Of a stretch of 64,000 nucleotides of DNA, positions 10,376-20,004 are shown piece by piece. The DNA comes from Vulcanimicrobiota bacterium (GTDB lineage: Bacteria; Vulcanimicrobiota; Vulcanimicrobiia; Vulcanimicrobiales; Vulcanimicrobiaceae). Each line of letters opens with the position of its first letter. Position 1 is the first letter of the stretch. The position numbers and the translations under genes were made by a program. The notes below the pieces were generated by a model. The model saw nothing but the letters and a program-made list of their open reading frames with translations, was not told the origin of the DNA and did not search any database. The DNA is taken from assembly GCA_963812155.1 (NCBI GenBank), contig CAWETW010000001.1:32001-96000 (forward strand). Direction: 5' to 3'.

Positions 10376-11416
10376 GCGTCCCGGCGTCGATGCGAGCGGC
10401 GATTCTTTACGATGCGGGCGACGTTCGCATCGAAGAGCGCCCCGTCCCGAAGTTGCGTGAAGGCGAAGTGCTCGTGCGCACGGCCGCCAGCGGAATCTGC
10501 ACGAGTGACGTGATGGCGTGGTATGTCAAGCGTAAGGCGCCCCTGGTGCTCGGGCACGAGCCCGCCGGCGTAATTGCCGCCGTCGGGCCGGGTGAGGTTC
10601 CGCGCGACGAAAACGGCCGGCCGTTCGCGCCTGGCGAACGCGTTTTCGCGCACCATCACGCGCCCTGCTTCGGATGCCGCTCGTGCGCCCGCGGCGATTA
10701 CGTGCAGTGCGCGACCTGGCGCGCGACGCGGATCGAACCGGGCGGTATCGCGGAATACTTTCGCGTGCCGCACGAAAACCTCCGCGACACGCTGCGGCTT
10801 CCAAGCGACGTCGCTTTTGCCGATGCGTCGCTGGTCGAACCGCTGGGCTGCGTCGTGAAGTCACTGCGCCGCGGCGGTGCCGAAAGCCGGCGACAGCATC
10901 TTCGTCGTGGGTCTCGGCGTCATGGGCTTGATGCACGTCGCAGCGGCGCGCGCGCTCGGCGCCGACGTCGTCGCGAGCGACTTCGTCGAGCAGCGGCGCG
11001 CCTTGGCCGCGTCGCTGGGTGCGACCGCGGTGCATCCCGCTGACGCACGCGATGCGCTCGGCGAGGGCGCCGACGTGACGATCTGCGGACCCGGAATGCC
11101 GGCGGCGATGGATGCGTCGGTAGCGGGAACCGGCCGCGGCGGAACGATCGTCATGTTTTCGCCGTTCGAGCCGGGGAATGCGCTGGCTCTCGATGCGGAG
11201 CGTTTCTACTTCGAAGATTTGCGCGTCGTTGCGAGTTATTCGTGCGGTCCTCAAGATACGCGCGAGGCATTGCGCTTGATTGCACGCGGTGCGGTGACGG
11301 CCGAAGCGCTCGGCGCGACGATGGTCTCGCTCGACGATGCCCCTCGCGCGTACGTCGATCTCGCGCAGGGACGCATCGTCAAGCCGATCGTTGTTTTCGA
11401 GTCACCTGCCGAATAG
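10372..11416 (+). CDS. Second zinc-binding (MDR) dehydrogenase, frameshift near 10875
   Basis: GICTSD, GHEPAG, CFGCRSC..C, EPLGC in ORF 10297; GLGVMG and KPIVVF in ORF 10877. Confidence 0.85.
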
Positions 11417-11427
11417 CCGGCAGCGCG

Positions 11428-12708
11428 CTACGGCGAACCCTCCACGTACGGCATCGGTGCGCCTTCGGGAATCGGCAAGACGACGTCCTTGTCCGCCGTG
11501 GTGACCCGCCACGCGACGATGAGCGCGACGAGATAGAGCATCGCCGCCAAATACCACGGGGCGCCTGGAACTCCGACATTTCGCCACGGGCCGATGAACT
11601 GCGCGAACACTGCGGTGAAGAGTCCGGGCCCGAGCAGCATGGAGATGCCGCGCAGCGAGCCGAGCGCACCTTGCAGTTCGCCCTGGTCGCTCGCGCTCAC
11701 GTGACGCGTCATCAAGGCTTGCGACGTCGCGTTGTACATCGGCAGACAGATGACGACGATTGCGACGAAAAAGAGAATTCCGTTGGCCGTGCCCGCGAGC
11801 GCGCAGCCGGCTACGGCCAAGGCGAGGCTGGCGAGCAGCACGCGGCGCTCGCCGAACCGGGCGACAACCGGCCCGACCAGCGTCGCTTGATTGATTGCGG
11901 TGATCACGCCGGCGAGTGCGAGCGTCAGTCCGATGCTTCCGGTGCTCCAGCCGAAGACCGCGATGCAGAAGATCACCCACACGTTCGGGAAGATTTCGTG
12001 CGCGAGATATCCGATAAAGTTTACCCACGACAATCCCCACAGTTCGTGGTGTGACCGCAACAGCGCGAGCGATCCGAGCGGATTGGCGCGCTTCCATTCC
12101 AAGCGCGGCGTGCGCTGCGCCGGCGCGAGCGATTCCGGAAGCACGAACAGACCGTAGAGCGTGTTGAGCAGGCTGACGGCCGCGGCAGCCCAGAACGTGA
12201 GGCGTGGATCCAGGTTGCCGACGAGCCCGCCGATGGCCGGTCCGAGAATGAATCCAAGGCCAAACGCGCTTCCGAGCAAACCGAACGCTTTGGCACGTTT
12301 CTCCGGAGCGGTTATGTCCGCAATGTATGCCCCCGCCGTCGACATGTTCGCGCTCGCCATGCCCGATAGCACGCGCCCCGCGAAAAGCCAGAGCAAATTC
12401 GGTGCCAGCGCCATGATGGCGTAGTCGACGACGCTAACCGCGTTCGAGAGCAAGATGACGGGGCGCCGCCCGACGCGATCCGAAAGCATTCCGAGCAGCG
12501 GCGACATGAAGAACTGCATCACCGCCCATGCCGTCGCGAACAGACCGATGACGGTGACGGCGTGCGCCATGTTTTCACCGACGAAGCCGGCGACGAGTTT
12601 CGGCAACACCGGTCCGATCATGCCGAACGTCAGCATGTCGAGCATGACCGTGATGAAGATAAAGGCGGTCGCCGCGCGGCGTCCGGACCCGGCGTTAGGC
12701 AACGTCAT
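11428..12708 (-). CDS. TCR/Tet family MFS efflux transporter
   Basis: Motif A GMLSDRVGRRPVIL, motif C GFILGPAIGG, QGELQG; 12 TM segments; ATG 12708. Confidence 0.92.
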   Translation of the reverse strand: MTLPNAGSGRRAATAFIFITVMLDMLTFGMIGPVLPKLVAGFVGENMAHAVTVIGLFATAWAVMQFFMSPLLGMLSDRVGRRPVILLSNAVSVVDYAIMALAPNLLWLFAGRVLSGMASANMSTAGAYIADITAPEKRAKAFGLLGSAFGLGFILGPAIGGLVGNLDPRLTFWAAAAVSLLNTLYGLFVLPESLAPAQRTPRLEWKRANPLGSLALLRSHHELWGLSWVNFIGYLAHEIFPNVWVIFCIAVFGWSTGSIGLTLALAGVITAINQATLVGPVVARFGERRVLLASLALAVAGCALAGTANGILFFVAIVVICLPMYNATSQALMTRHVSASDQGELQGALGSLRGISMLLGPGLFTAVFAQFIGPWRNVGVPGAPWYLAAMLYLVALIVAWRVTTADKDVVLPIPEGAPMPYVEGSP

Positions 12709-13297
12709 CGTGCGTCTCTTTCGTAGCGGAAACGTGATCGAGCGAGGAGAGCCAAAGATCCACGGCAAGGTTCACTCGCGCGCGGTCGCCCGTCGCGCAC
12801 AAGTCGAGGAGGAATCCGCGGAAGCCGGCGACCAGCAGCGTGGCGTGGGCGCGCCCCTGTTCGGGGGTGTAACCCGAGCGCATGCAACAGGGCTCGAGCG
12901 CCGTAAGCCAGTCGTCGACGGCGCGCTCGAGGAAACCCGGGAAGCGCGTGCGATCCTGCAGCGCGAGCGCGTAGACTTCGAAGAACAGCCGCATCAGCGG
13001 CAGCCAGCGAGCGTCGCTGAAGTGGTGCCATAGCGTGCCCGCGATCCCGCGCGGTCCCAGTCCGGCGGTCAGGTCGAGGTTCGCCATGGTGGCCTGCTGG
13101 CGCAGGCGCCCACGCCGGATGATCTCGACGACGAGAGCCTCTTTGGACCCGAAGTAGTAGAGCAAAAGCCTCGGGCTGGCCCCTGCGGCTTTAGCTAATG
13201 GGCGAAGGGAAAGTCCGGCTAGCCCCTTCTCGAGCACGTAGTCGAGGGCGCGGTCGAGCAGTTCTTCCCGGCGGGCGTCGTCGGCAGTGCGGGGCAC
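12695..13297 (-). CDS. TetR/AcrR family transcriptional regulator
   Basis: GLAGLSLRPLAKAAGASPRLLLYYFGSKEAL helix-turn-helix. Confidence 0.93.
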   Translation of the reverse strand: MPRTADDARREELLDRALDYVLEKGLAGLSLRPLAKAAGASPRLLLYYFGSKEALVVEIIRRGRLRQQATMANLDLTAGLGPRGIAGTLWHHFSDARWLPLMRLFFEVYALALQDRTRFPGFLERAVDDWLTALEPCCMRSGYTPEQGRAHATLLVAGFRGFLLDLCATGDRARVNLAVDLWLSSLDHVSATKETHDDVA

Positions 13298-13303
13298 GTC
13301 TCG

Positions 13304-13337
13304 AGGCTACCATACTTGAAACAGTCGTTTCAAGTAT
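13304..13337 (-). promoter_or_regulatory. tetR promoter with 11-bp inverted-repeat operator
   Basis: ATACTTGAAAC-AGTC-GTTTCAAGTAT at 13312-13337. On the minus strand: TTGAAA-18 nt-TAGCCT, ending 6 nt before the GTG start. Confidence 0.8.
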
Positions 13338-13425
13338 TAGCGCATTAGCTTGCCGATTCGAACGGCCCTTGGCCTACGGTTTCTTGCGCTCGAAGTACTG
13401 GGTCGTCGCGGTCTGAGGGCTTTGC

Positions 13426-13457
13426 GGTTGACAGTTGTCAACCAGCGGCCGTACGCT
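13426..13457 (+). promoter_or_regulatory. XRE-ribBA promoter with palindromic operator over the -35 box
   Basis: GGTTGACA-GT-TGTCAACC at 13426-13443; TTGACA 13428-13433, 18-nt spacer, TACGCT 13452-13457, ATG at 13465. Confidence 0.75.
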
Positions 13458-13464
13458 CACACAG

Positions 13465-14878
13465 ATGGAGACGTTTGCGGAGCGGCTGAGAGCCGCGATG
13501 GATAGCGCGGGCTTGAACCCTTCCGATTTGGCGGCAAGCAGCGGGTTGACGGAATCGGCGATCTCGCTGCTGCGCTCCGGCCGGCGGGAGCCGTCGTACC
13601 GGACACTCCAGCGGCTGGCACACGTGCTGCCCGAACTGGCGGCGCATCTCGCGGGCGCGACGAGTCCGTTCGACCCAATCGAAGAAGCAATCGCCGACGT
13701 TCGTGCCGGCAAGATGGTCGTCGTGCTCGACGACGAGGATCGTGAAAACGAAGGCGACTTAGTCATGGCGGCCGCCGCCGTCACGCCCGATGCGATCAAC
13801 TTCATGCGCAAACGACGCCGGCGGCTTGATTTGCGTGCCGCTGCCGGCGCGCCGGCTCGACGAACTGCAGATTCCGCAGATGGTGAGCGACAACACGGCG
13901 CTCCACGAGACCGCCTTCACGGTGTCGGTGGAGGCGCGCGGCTTGACGACGACCGGAATTTCCGCGCACGATCGCGCCGCGACGATCAAAAAACTGCTCG
14001 ACCCCGACGCGCGGCCGGCCGACTTTCTGCGGCCGGGGCACACCTTTCCGCTGCGCGCGCGTGAAGGCGGCGTGCTCGTCCGCGCCGGTCAAACCGAAGC
14101 CTCGGTCGATCTCGCGCGTTTAGCCGGGCTCTATCCCGCCGGCGTAATTTGCGAGATCATGGCCGACGACGGAACGATGGAGCGTTTCGACGGTCTGCGT
14201 GCTTACGCCGATCGCCACGGTCTGAAACTCGTAACGGTGAAAGATCTCATCGCCTATCGCATGCGCACCGAAAAACTCGTCAAACGCATCGCCGAGTTCG
14301 ATCTCCCGACCAAGCACGGCAGCTGGAAAGGCATCGCCTACGAAACCACCATTGACGCAAACACGCACGTCGCACTGGTGATGGGCGAGATCGGCGACGG
14401 CAAGAACGTTCCCGTGCGGGTGCACTCGGAATGCCTCACGGGCGACGCGCTGCATTCGATTCGCTGCGACTGCGCCGCGCAGCGCGACGCCGCGATGGAG
14501 ATCATCGCCGCCGAAGGACGCGGCGTGTTTCTCTATCTGCGCCAAGAAGGCCGGGGCATCGGCCTGGCCAACAAACTGCGCGCCTACGAGTTGCAAGACC
14601 GCGGCGCCGATACGGTCGAGGCCAACGTCGCGCTCGGCTTACCGGTCGATAAGCGCGATTACGGCATCGGATCGCAGATCCTCGTCGATCTCGGCGTGCG
14701 CGAGTTGCGCGTCATCACCAACAATCCGCGCAAGATCTTCGGCCTCGAAGGCTACGGACTGAAGATCGTCGATCGCGTGCCCTCGCAGACGGCGCCGACG
14801 AATTACAACCGGCGCTACATGCATACGAAACGCTCGAAGATGGGGCACATTCTCGACGACCCGGCAGCGGTATCGTGA
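13465..14878 (+). CDS. ribBA: XRE-HTH domain fused to bifunctional DHBP synthase/GTP cyclohydrolase II, frameshift near 13812
   Basis: FAERLRAAM...[31 protein letters not shown] is in frame with [18 protein letters not shown]; then [33 protein letters not shown] in ORF 13790. Confidence 0.93.
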
Positions 14879-15375
14879 AGACAAACGGGCCGGCGTCCTC
14901 GCTGCCGCACGGCGTGCCGGATTGCGCCGGCCGGCGCTTCGCGATCGTCGCCGCGCGTTTCTACCCCGAACTCGCCGAGTGGCTCGTCGACGGGGCACGG
15001 CGCGGGCTGCGCGCGTGTAACGTTGCCGACGCCGATATCGACGTCTACGATGTCCCCGGCTGCTTCGAACTTCCGCTGGCATGCCGCAATCTGCTCGACA
15101 CGCAGCGGTACCACGCCTTGATTGCGGTGGGAGCGGTCGTGCGCGGAGAAACGCCGCACTTCGATTACGTCGCGGGCGAGTGCGCGCGCGGCATCATGGA
15201 CGTGCAGTTGGCGACGGGTGCGCCGATCGGGTTCGGCGTGTTGACGACGGAAACGTACGAACAAGCGAAGGAGCGAGCGGATCCCGGCAACGGCGACAAA
15301 GGCTACCATGCCGCCATGGCGGCGGCGGCGTTGCTCGGGATGACGGCGCGCCTTCCCCGAGCAGGTCTTCGATAG
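14875..15375 (+). CDS. ribH: 6,7-dimethyl-8-ribityllumazine synthase
   Basis: IVAARF, VPGCFELP, GAVVRGETPHFDYV, FGVLT, KG..AA.AA. Confidence 0.95.
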   Translation: MKTNGPASSLPHGVPDCAGRRFAIVAARFYPELAEWLVDGARRGLRACNVADADIDVYDVPGCFELPLACRNLLDTQRYHALIAVGAVVRGETPHFDYVAGECARGIMDVQLATGAPIGFGVLTTETYEQAKERADPGNGDKGYHAAMAAAALLGMTARLPRAGLR

Positions 15376-15398
15376 GCGTCGCGCAGGAACAAGCGGGG

Positions 15399-16859
15399 AT
15401 GAAACGTTCGCCGCTCGCCATAGCGTTCGCCGTGCTCCTGGCGAGTTGCCACGGCGGAGCTTCGGGCGCTCCCGGGATCCCCGCGCCGGCAACGCGCGAT
15501 GCCGATTCGAACGCGCACGCGATGCAGCCCGCGACGGTGTTGGGAAACGGTAAGATCCAACACATCGTCGTGATCATGCAGGAGAACCGTTCCTTCGACA
15601 ATTTGTTTCATGGGTTCCCCGGCGCCGACACGGCGAATTACGGTTACGGACACGGGGTGAAATACGCGATGCAGCCGATGAGTCTGGCCGACCCGTGGGA
15701 CATCAATCACACCCACGACCAGTTCCTCGAAGACTACGATTCCGGCAAAGGCGACGGTTTCGATCTCGAGATTCGCGGATTTTCGACCACGTGCAAGTAT
15801 CCGCGCAACCATCCGTCGTGCTGGATCTTCTGGGACGCCGGACGCTACAAAACCGCGTTCTCGTACGTTCCGCAGAAAGAAATCAAGGCGTATTGGACGA
15901 TGGCGCATCAGTATGCATTGGGCGATCGCGCCTTCGCATCAAATAACGGTCCGAGTTACGTCGCGCATCAATACATGATTTCGGGCCAATCCGGACACGT
16001 GGCCGAAAATCCGTTGTTCGTGCCGCCGACCCCTCCGCCGCCGAATCCGTGGGGCTGCGACTCAGCGCCGACGACCGAGACCTACGTGCTTCAATACGGC
16101 CGAGCAAAACCGCCGGTGTTCTCCAAAGCGACCGGCGTCGAATCGCTCGGACCCTTCCCGTGTTTTTCGTACGCCACGGCCGCGAAGGTGCTCGACGGCG
16201 CGGGTGTTTCGTGGTCGTACTACGCACCGGCGATCGGCGGCGTCGACCAGGGTGAAATCTGGTCGGCGTTCGATGCGATTTGGCCGGTGCGGTTCGGGCA
16301 GGATTGGGTGCGCAACGTCAAGTCGCCGGAGACGACGATTTTCAACGACATCGCCGCAAAGAAACTGCCCGCGGTGTCGTGGGTCGTGCCATCGTGGATC
16401 AACTCCGACCATGCCGGTTCGCGCAGTTTGACCGGGCCCGATTGGGTCGGCTCGGTCGTCAATGCGATCGGCGAAAGCCCGTACTGGCAGCACACGGCGA
16501 TCGTCGTCATGTGGGATGAATGGGGCGGCTGGTTCGATCACGTCGTGCCGCCTCAGGTGCCCGATCCGCATACGCACGCGTTTGAAGGGTTTGGATTCCG
16601 CGTGCCCGTCATCGTACTGTCGCCGTACGCGAAACCCGGCTACGTCTCGCACAAGCGACACGAGATCGCATCCACGCTGCACTTCATCGAGGCGGTCTTC
16701 GGCCTGCCGTCACTGAACGGCGCCGATGCGCGCGCCGACCAGTTCGGTGACATGTTCGATTTTTCGCAAACGCCTCTGACATTTCGTAAAATCCCGACGC
16801 ATCTACAAACCCAGGATTTTCTGCGCCAGCCGCCGTCGTCGACGCCGCCCGACTACTGA
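15399..16859 (+). CDS. Secreted phosphoesterase / phospholipase C family lipoprotein
   Basis: Lipobox LASC; HIVVIMQENRSFDNLF, WDEWGGWFDHV, GFRVPVIVLSPYAK. Confidence 0.9.
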   Translation: MKRSPLAIAFAVLLASCHGGASGAPGIPAPATRDADSNAHAMQPATVLGNGKIQHIVVIMQENRSFDNLFHGFPGADTANYGYGHGVKYAMQPMSLADPWDINHTHDQFLEDYDSGKGDGFDLEIRGFSTTCKYPRNHPSCWIFWDAGRYKTAFSYVPQKEIKAYWTMAHQYALGDRAFASNNGPSYVAHQYMISGQSGHVAENPLFVPPTPPPPNPWGCDSAPTTETYVLQYGRAKPPVFSKATGVESLGPFPCFSYATAAKVLDGAGVSWSYYAPAIGGVDQGEIWSAFDAIWPVRFGQDWVRNVKSPETTIFNDIAAKKLPAVSWVVPSWINSDHAGSRSLTGPDWVGSVVNAIGESPYWQHTAIVVMWDEWGGWFDHVVPPQVPDPHTHAFEGFGFRVPVIVLSPYAKPGYVSHKRHEIASTLHFIEAVFGLPSLNGADARADQFGDMFDFSQTPLTFRKIPTHLQTQDFLRQPPSSTPPDY

Positions 16860-16942
16860 CGGGCGGGAGGAACTCGGGGCCCCGGGTCGCATCTATCGCG
16901 CTTCGGGATTTGCCTCTCGGAACCGCGTTGGAGAATCGGGCA

Positions 16943-17236
16943 TTGGAAGATAAAATCATTACATGCAAGGACTGCGCAGCGCAGTTCGTCTTCTCGGCGA
17001 GCGAACAGCAGTTCTTCGCCGACAAAGGATTCCAAAATCAACCGCAACGCTGTCGCGATTGCCGGCAGGCGCGGCGCTCGCAGGGCAGCGGCGAAGCACC
17101 GCGCGCGAACCGGCCGGCGTTCGAAGCCGTCTGCGCCGCCTGTGGGGTGGAGACGACGGTGCCGTTCCGTCCGCGCGGTGACCGCCCGGTCTACTGCCGT
17201 ACGTGTTACGCCGCGCAGGTGCCGGCCGGGGTTTGA
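16943..17236 (+). CDS. Zinc-ribbon / CxxC-x17-CxxC domain protein
   Basis: CKDC..FVFSASEQQFF..KGF..PQRCRDCR and CAACG..TTVPFRP..DRPVYCRTC. Confidence 0.9.
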   Translation: MEDKIITCKDCAAQFVFSASEQQFFADKGFQNQPQRCRDCRQARRSQGSGEAPRANRPAFEAVCAACGVETTVPFRPRGDRPVYCRTCYAAQVPAGV

Positions 17237-18240
17237 GCCATCCCGCGGTCGTCGCTTGGGAAGGCGACGCCGTAGCATTTCTCGACCAACGGCTGTTGCC
17301 GCACGAGGTGCGCGTCGAACGAGCGCGCACGGTGCACGAAATCGAAGCCGCCATTCGTGGGCTGGGCGTCCGCGGTGCGCCGTGTATCGGTGTCTTCGCC
17401 GCATACGGCGTCGCTCTGCTGCGACGCACGACTTCCGACGAGGAGACGTTCCGTGAAGCCGTTGCGCGCGTTCGCAGCGCGCGCCCGACGGCGGTTAATC
17501 TCGCCTGGGCCGTCGATCGCGTGCTGGCCGCCGGCGACATGCTCGCCGAAGCGCACGCCATCGCCGAAGAGCAAGCGCGCACCGATGCCGCGATGGCCGC
17601 GCACGGCGCGGATCTGATCCCCAAGAACGCTCGCGTCCTCACGCACTGTAATACCGGTCCCCTGGCGACGGCGGCGGGCGGCACGGCACTCGGCGCGATC
17701 GTCGAGGCGCACCGTGCCGGCAAGCGTCCGCGCGTGTTCGTGGATGAAACGCGTCCGCTACTGCAAGGCGCGCGTTTGACGATGTTCGAGTTGCGCGAGG
17801 CCGGCGTCGACGCCGTGCTGCAGAGCGACGCTGCCGCCGCCAGCGCGATGGCCCGCGAGCGCATCGATTTGGTGATCGTCGGCGCCGACCGCATCGCTCG
17901 CAACGGCGATACCGCCAACAAAGTCGGGACGTACGGTCTCGCAATCCTCGCAGCGCATCACGGCATACCGTTTTACGTAGCGGCGCCGCGCTCGACGTTC
18001 GATTTCGCGCTGGAAAACGGCGCGGCGATTCCGATCGAGCAGCGCGACGCCGAGGAAGTCGTCGCTTTCGGCGCGACGCGCGCCGCACCGGAAGGCTCGG
18101 AGGTCTACAATCCCGCGTTCGACGTGACGCCGGGGCATTTGGTTACGGCATTCGTGACCGAGCACGGCGTGCTGCGTCCGCCCTACGGAGAATCGATCGC
18201 CGACCTCGAGTTTCGTGAAGCTCTACGACTTTCTCGATAA
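17233..18240 (+). CDS. mtnA: S-methyl-5-thioribose-1-phosphate isomerase
   Basis: LDQRLLP, VRGAPCIG, RPTAVNL, LTHCNTG, ETRPLLQGARLT, GDTANKVGTY, NPAFDVTP. Confidence 0.95.
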   Translation: MSHPAVVAWEGDAVAFLDQRLLPHEVRVERARTVHEIEAAIRGLGVRGAPCIGVFAAYGVALLRRTTSDEETFREAVARVRSARPTAVNLAWAVDRVLAAGDMLAEAHAIAEEQARTDAAMAAHGADLIPKNARVLTHCNTGPLATAAGGTALGAIVEAHRAGKRPRVFVDETRPLLQGARLTMFELREAGVDAVLQSDAAAASAMARERIDLVIVGADRIARNGDTANKVGTYGLAILAAHHGIPFYVAAPRSTFDFALENGAAIPIEQRDAEEVVAFGATRAAPEGSEVYNPAFDVTPGHLVTAFVTEHGVLRPPYGESIADLEFREALRLSR

Positions 18241-19213
18241 ACAGCCCGCGATCGGCCGGCTGGTCGTCATCGAAGGCACGGAACGCGCGCTGGCGGAGCG
18301 TGCGCTCGAGGTGCTGATCGATCGGCTGCTACCCGCGGAAGCGCGCGATCTGAACTTGGAACGCTTCTCGGGCGACGACGCTGCGGACGCCGCGCGCATG
18401 CGCGAAGCGCTTCAAGCAATGCCGTTTCTGGCGGATCGTCGCGTCGTCGTCGTCGAGGACGCCCAGACGCTGAAGGCGCAGCCGCGTCGCGACCTTCTGG
18501 CGGTGGCGGAAGCGGCGCCCGAGGGAAACACGCTCGTGATCCTCGACCTGCTGTCGCCGCGCTCGGAGCGCCCGCAGGCGCTCGGCGCCGCGCTGGGGCG
18601 CGCTGCGCTGCGCGTAGACACCACCGCCTCCGAGGACGTACGCGCACGTTTCGTCGAGGAGACGTTGGAGCGTTTGGGCGCAAAGGCGGAGGCGCGCGTC
18701 GTGCACGCGCTGTCGCGCAGCGGTGCCGAACTCGCGGCCGTGCGCAGCGATCTCGAGAAACTCGCGCTCGGCGGAAAGACGATTACCATGCGCGACGTCG
18801 AGGGCGAAGCGCTTTCGATCGAGGATCCGAAGGCCTACCTTTACGCGAGTAATCTCGTGGAAGGGCGCGTCGCCGAAGCTATGGCGATCGCGCAGGAATG
18901 TTTCGACGCCGATGCGCGCGCGGGCGTCTCGCTCCTGTCGGCTCTCGCCAACGAATGCGGATATCTCTGGGAGTTGACGCGCCCCGGCGGCGCGCTGCCC
19001 GCGCGCTTACGCTGGCGCGAACGGAGCTTGCGGGGGCTCGCGCAGCGCGTCGGCGAGCGGCGTGCACGCTTGGCGTACGAGCGCGCGCTGCGCGGAATCG
19101 AGGCGATCGTGACGGGACGCGCCGGCAGCGATTCGGTGGATCAGCGAACGCTGGTCGAGCGCATCAGCGTCGAACTCTCCGGCTTGGCCGGCCGCCGTCC
19201 GGTCAGTACTTAA
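18215..19213 (+). CDS. holA: DNA polymerase III delta subunit
   Basis: LNLERFSG, QAMPFLADRRVVVV, DLEKLAL; length 332 aa. Confidence 0.8.
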   Translation: MKLYDFLDKQPAIGRLVVIEGTERALAERALEVLIDRLLPAEARDLNLERFSGDDAADAARMREALQAMPFLADRRVVVVEDAQTLKAQPRRDLLAVAEAAPEGNTLVILDLLSPRSERPQALGAALGRAALRVDTTASEDVRARFVEETLERLGAKAEARVVHALSRSGAELAAVRSDLEKLALGGKTITMRDVEGEALSIEDPKAYLYASNLVEGRVAEAMAIAQECFDADARAGVSLLSALANECGYLWELTRPGGALPARLRWRERSLRGLAQRVGERRARLAYERALRGIEAIVTGRAGSDSVDQRTLVERISVELSGLAGRRPVST

Positions 19214-19901
19214 GCAGTTTCAACTCGACGGTATCGTTATTGTAGACGCTGCGTTGCGGCAGGTGCGAGCGCTCGTCGAAGACATACACGGGCAGCTTCA
19301 GGGTCGGATCGAACGCAATGCGCATCTTGTCGTTGGCCGAGAGATAGCGTCCGCCTTGCTGCGTCAGTTTTCCGTTGTTCACGACGAGAATCGAGGGCGC
19401 GGCGCCTTTGATCGTGCCTTCGCCTTTCGCTTCGTACGCGGCGTTCCAGGTGGTAGACTCTCCCATGAAACCGTTGGCACCCGGAATGATCGCTGCGGTG
19501 ATCGTGTACTTAAGCGGCCAGGTCGCGTGCGCACTTCCCATCAGCGGGTGGAAATACTGGCGCGCCAGCAGCGGAAAGATGGTGAGTTGGATCGGAGAGA
19601 GCGCGAACGGACGCTGCGTGCATGCGACGTTGCCGTTCGGATAGAGTTCGCAGGTATTGGTCGCGCGCGGCCGCACGGTGTTCCACCACGAGTCGGTGCC
19701 GGTAATCATCACGCCGCCGTCGGCCGCTTGTGCGCCGACGTCCACCGTTTCCGTCCCGGTGCCGGTCCCCTGTTTCGCCGCTTTGGTGTTGTAGCCGAAT
19801 TCGTAGACGAGATGCCGTCCGGTAGCCGAGGCAAGGGCCGACGCCTGAATGCTCAGGCCGAAAATGACTGCGAGGAACAAACAAAACGCTTTCACGTGCA
19901 A
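19203..19901 (-). CDS. Secreted hypothetical protein
   Basis: Signal peptide; GGAGG SD upstream; LVYEFGY...GTETVDV...DGGV...TC......GNVAC. Confidence 0.7.
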   Translation of the reverse strand: MHVKAFCLFLAVIFGLSIQASALASATGRHLVYEFGYNTKAAKQGTGTGTETVDVGAQAADGGVMITGTDSWWNTVRPRATNTCELYPNGNVACTQRPFALSPIQLTIFPLLARQYFHPLMGSAHATWPLKYTITAAIIPGANGFMGESTTWNAAYEAKGEGTIKGAAPSILVVNNGKLTQQGGRYLSANDKMRIAFDPTLKLPVYVFDERSHLPQRSVYNNDTVELKLLKY

Positions 19902-20004
19902 ACCTCCAGGATAAGGAAGGAACGGCTTGTTCGCCGGAGACCGGCGCCGACCTGGGCGGCCGGCAGCCGGTCACGCTCCGGCGGGCTCGCGGGCTGTATC
20001 GAGT

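Noticed and set aside
13340..13464. FMN riboswitch upstream of ribBA (also looked before ribD), and purine or ZTP riboswitches before pur genes
   Set aside because: No recognisable conserved riboswitch motifs and little or no leader space. An Rfam scan would be definitive.
16860..16942. Recurring GGAAC-type intergenic motifs (also near 19920, 22400, 54820) as ECF-sigma promoters
   Set aside because: Spacing to a downstream element is inconsistent; cannot be supported without genome-wide motif statistics.
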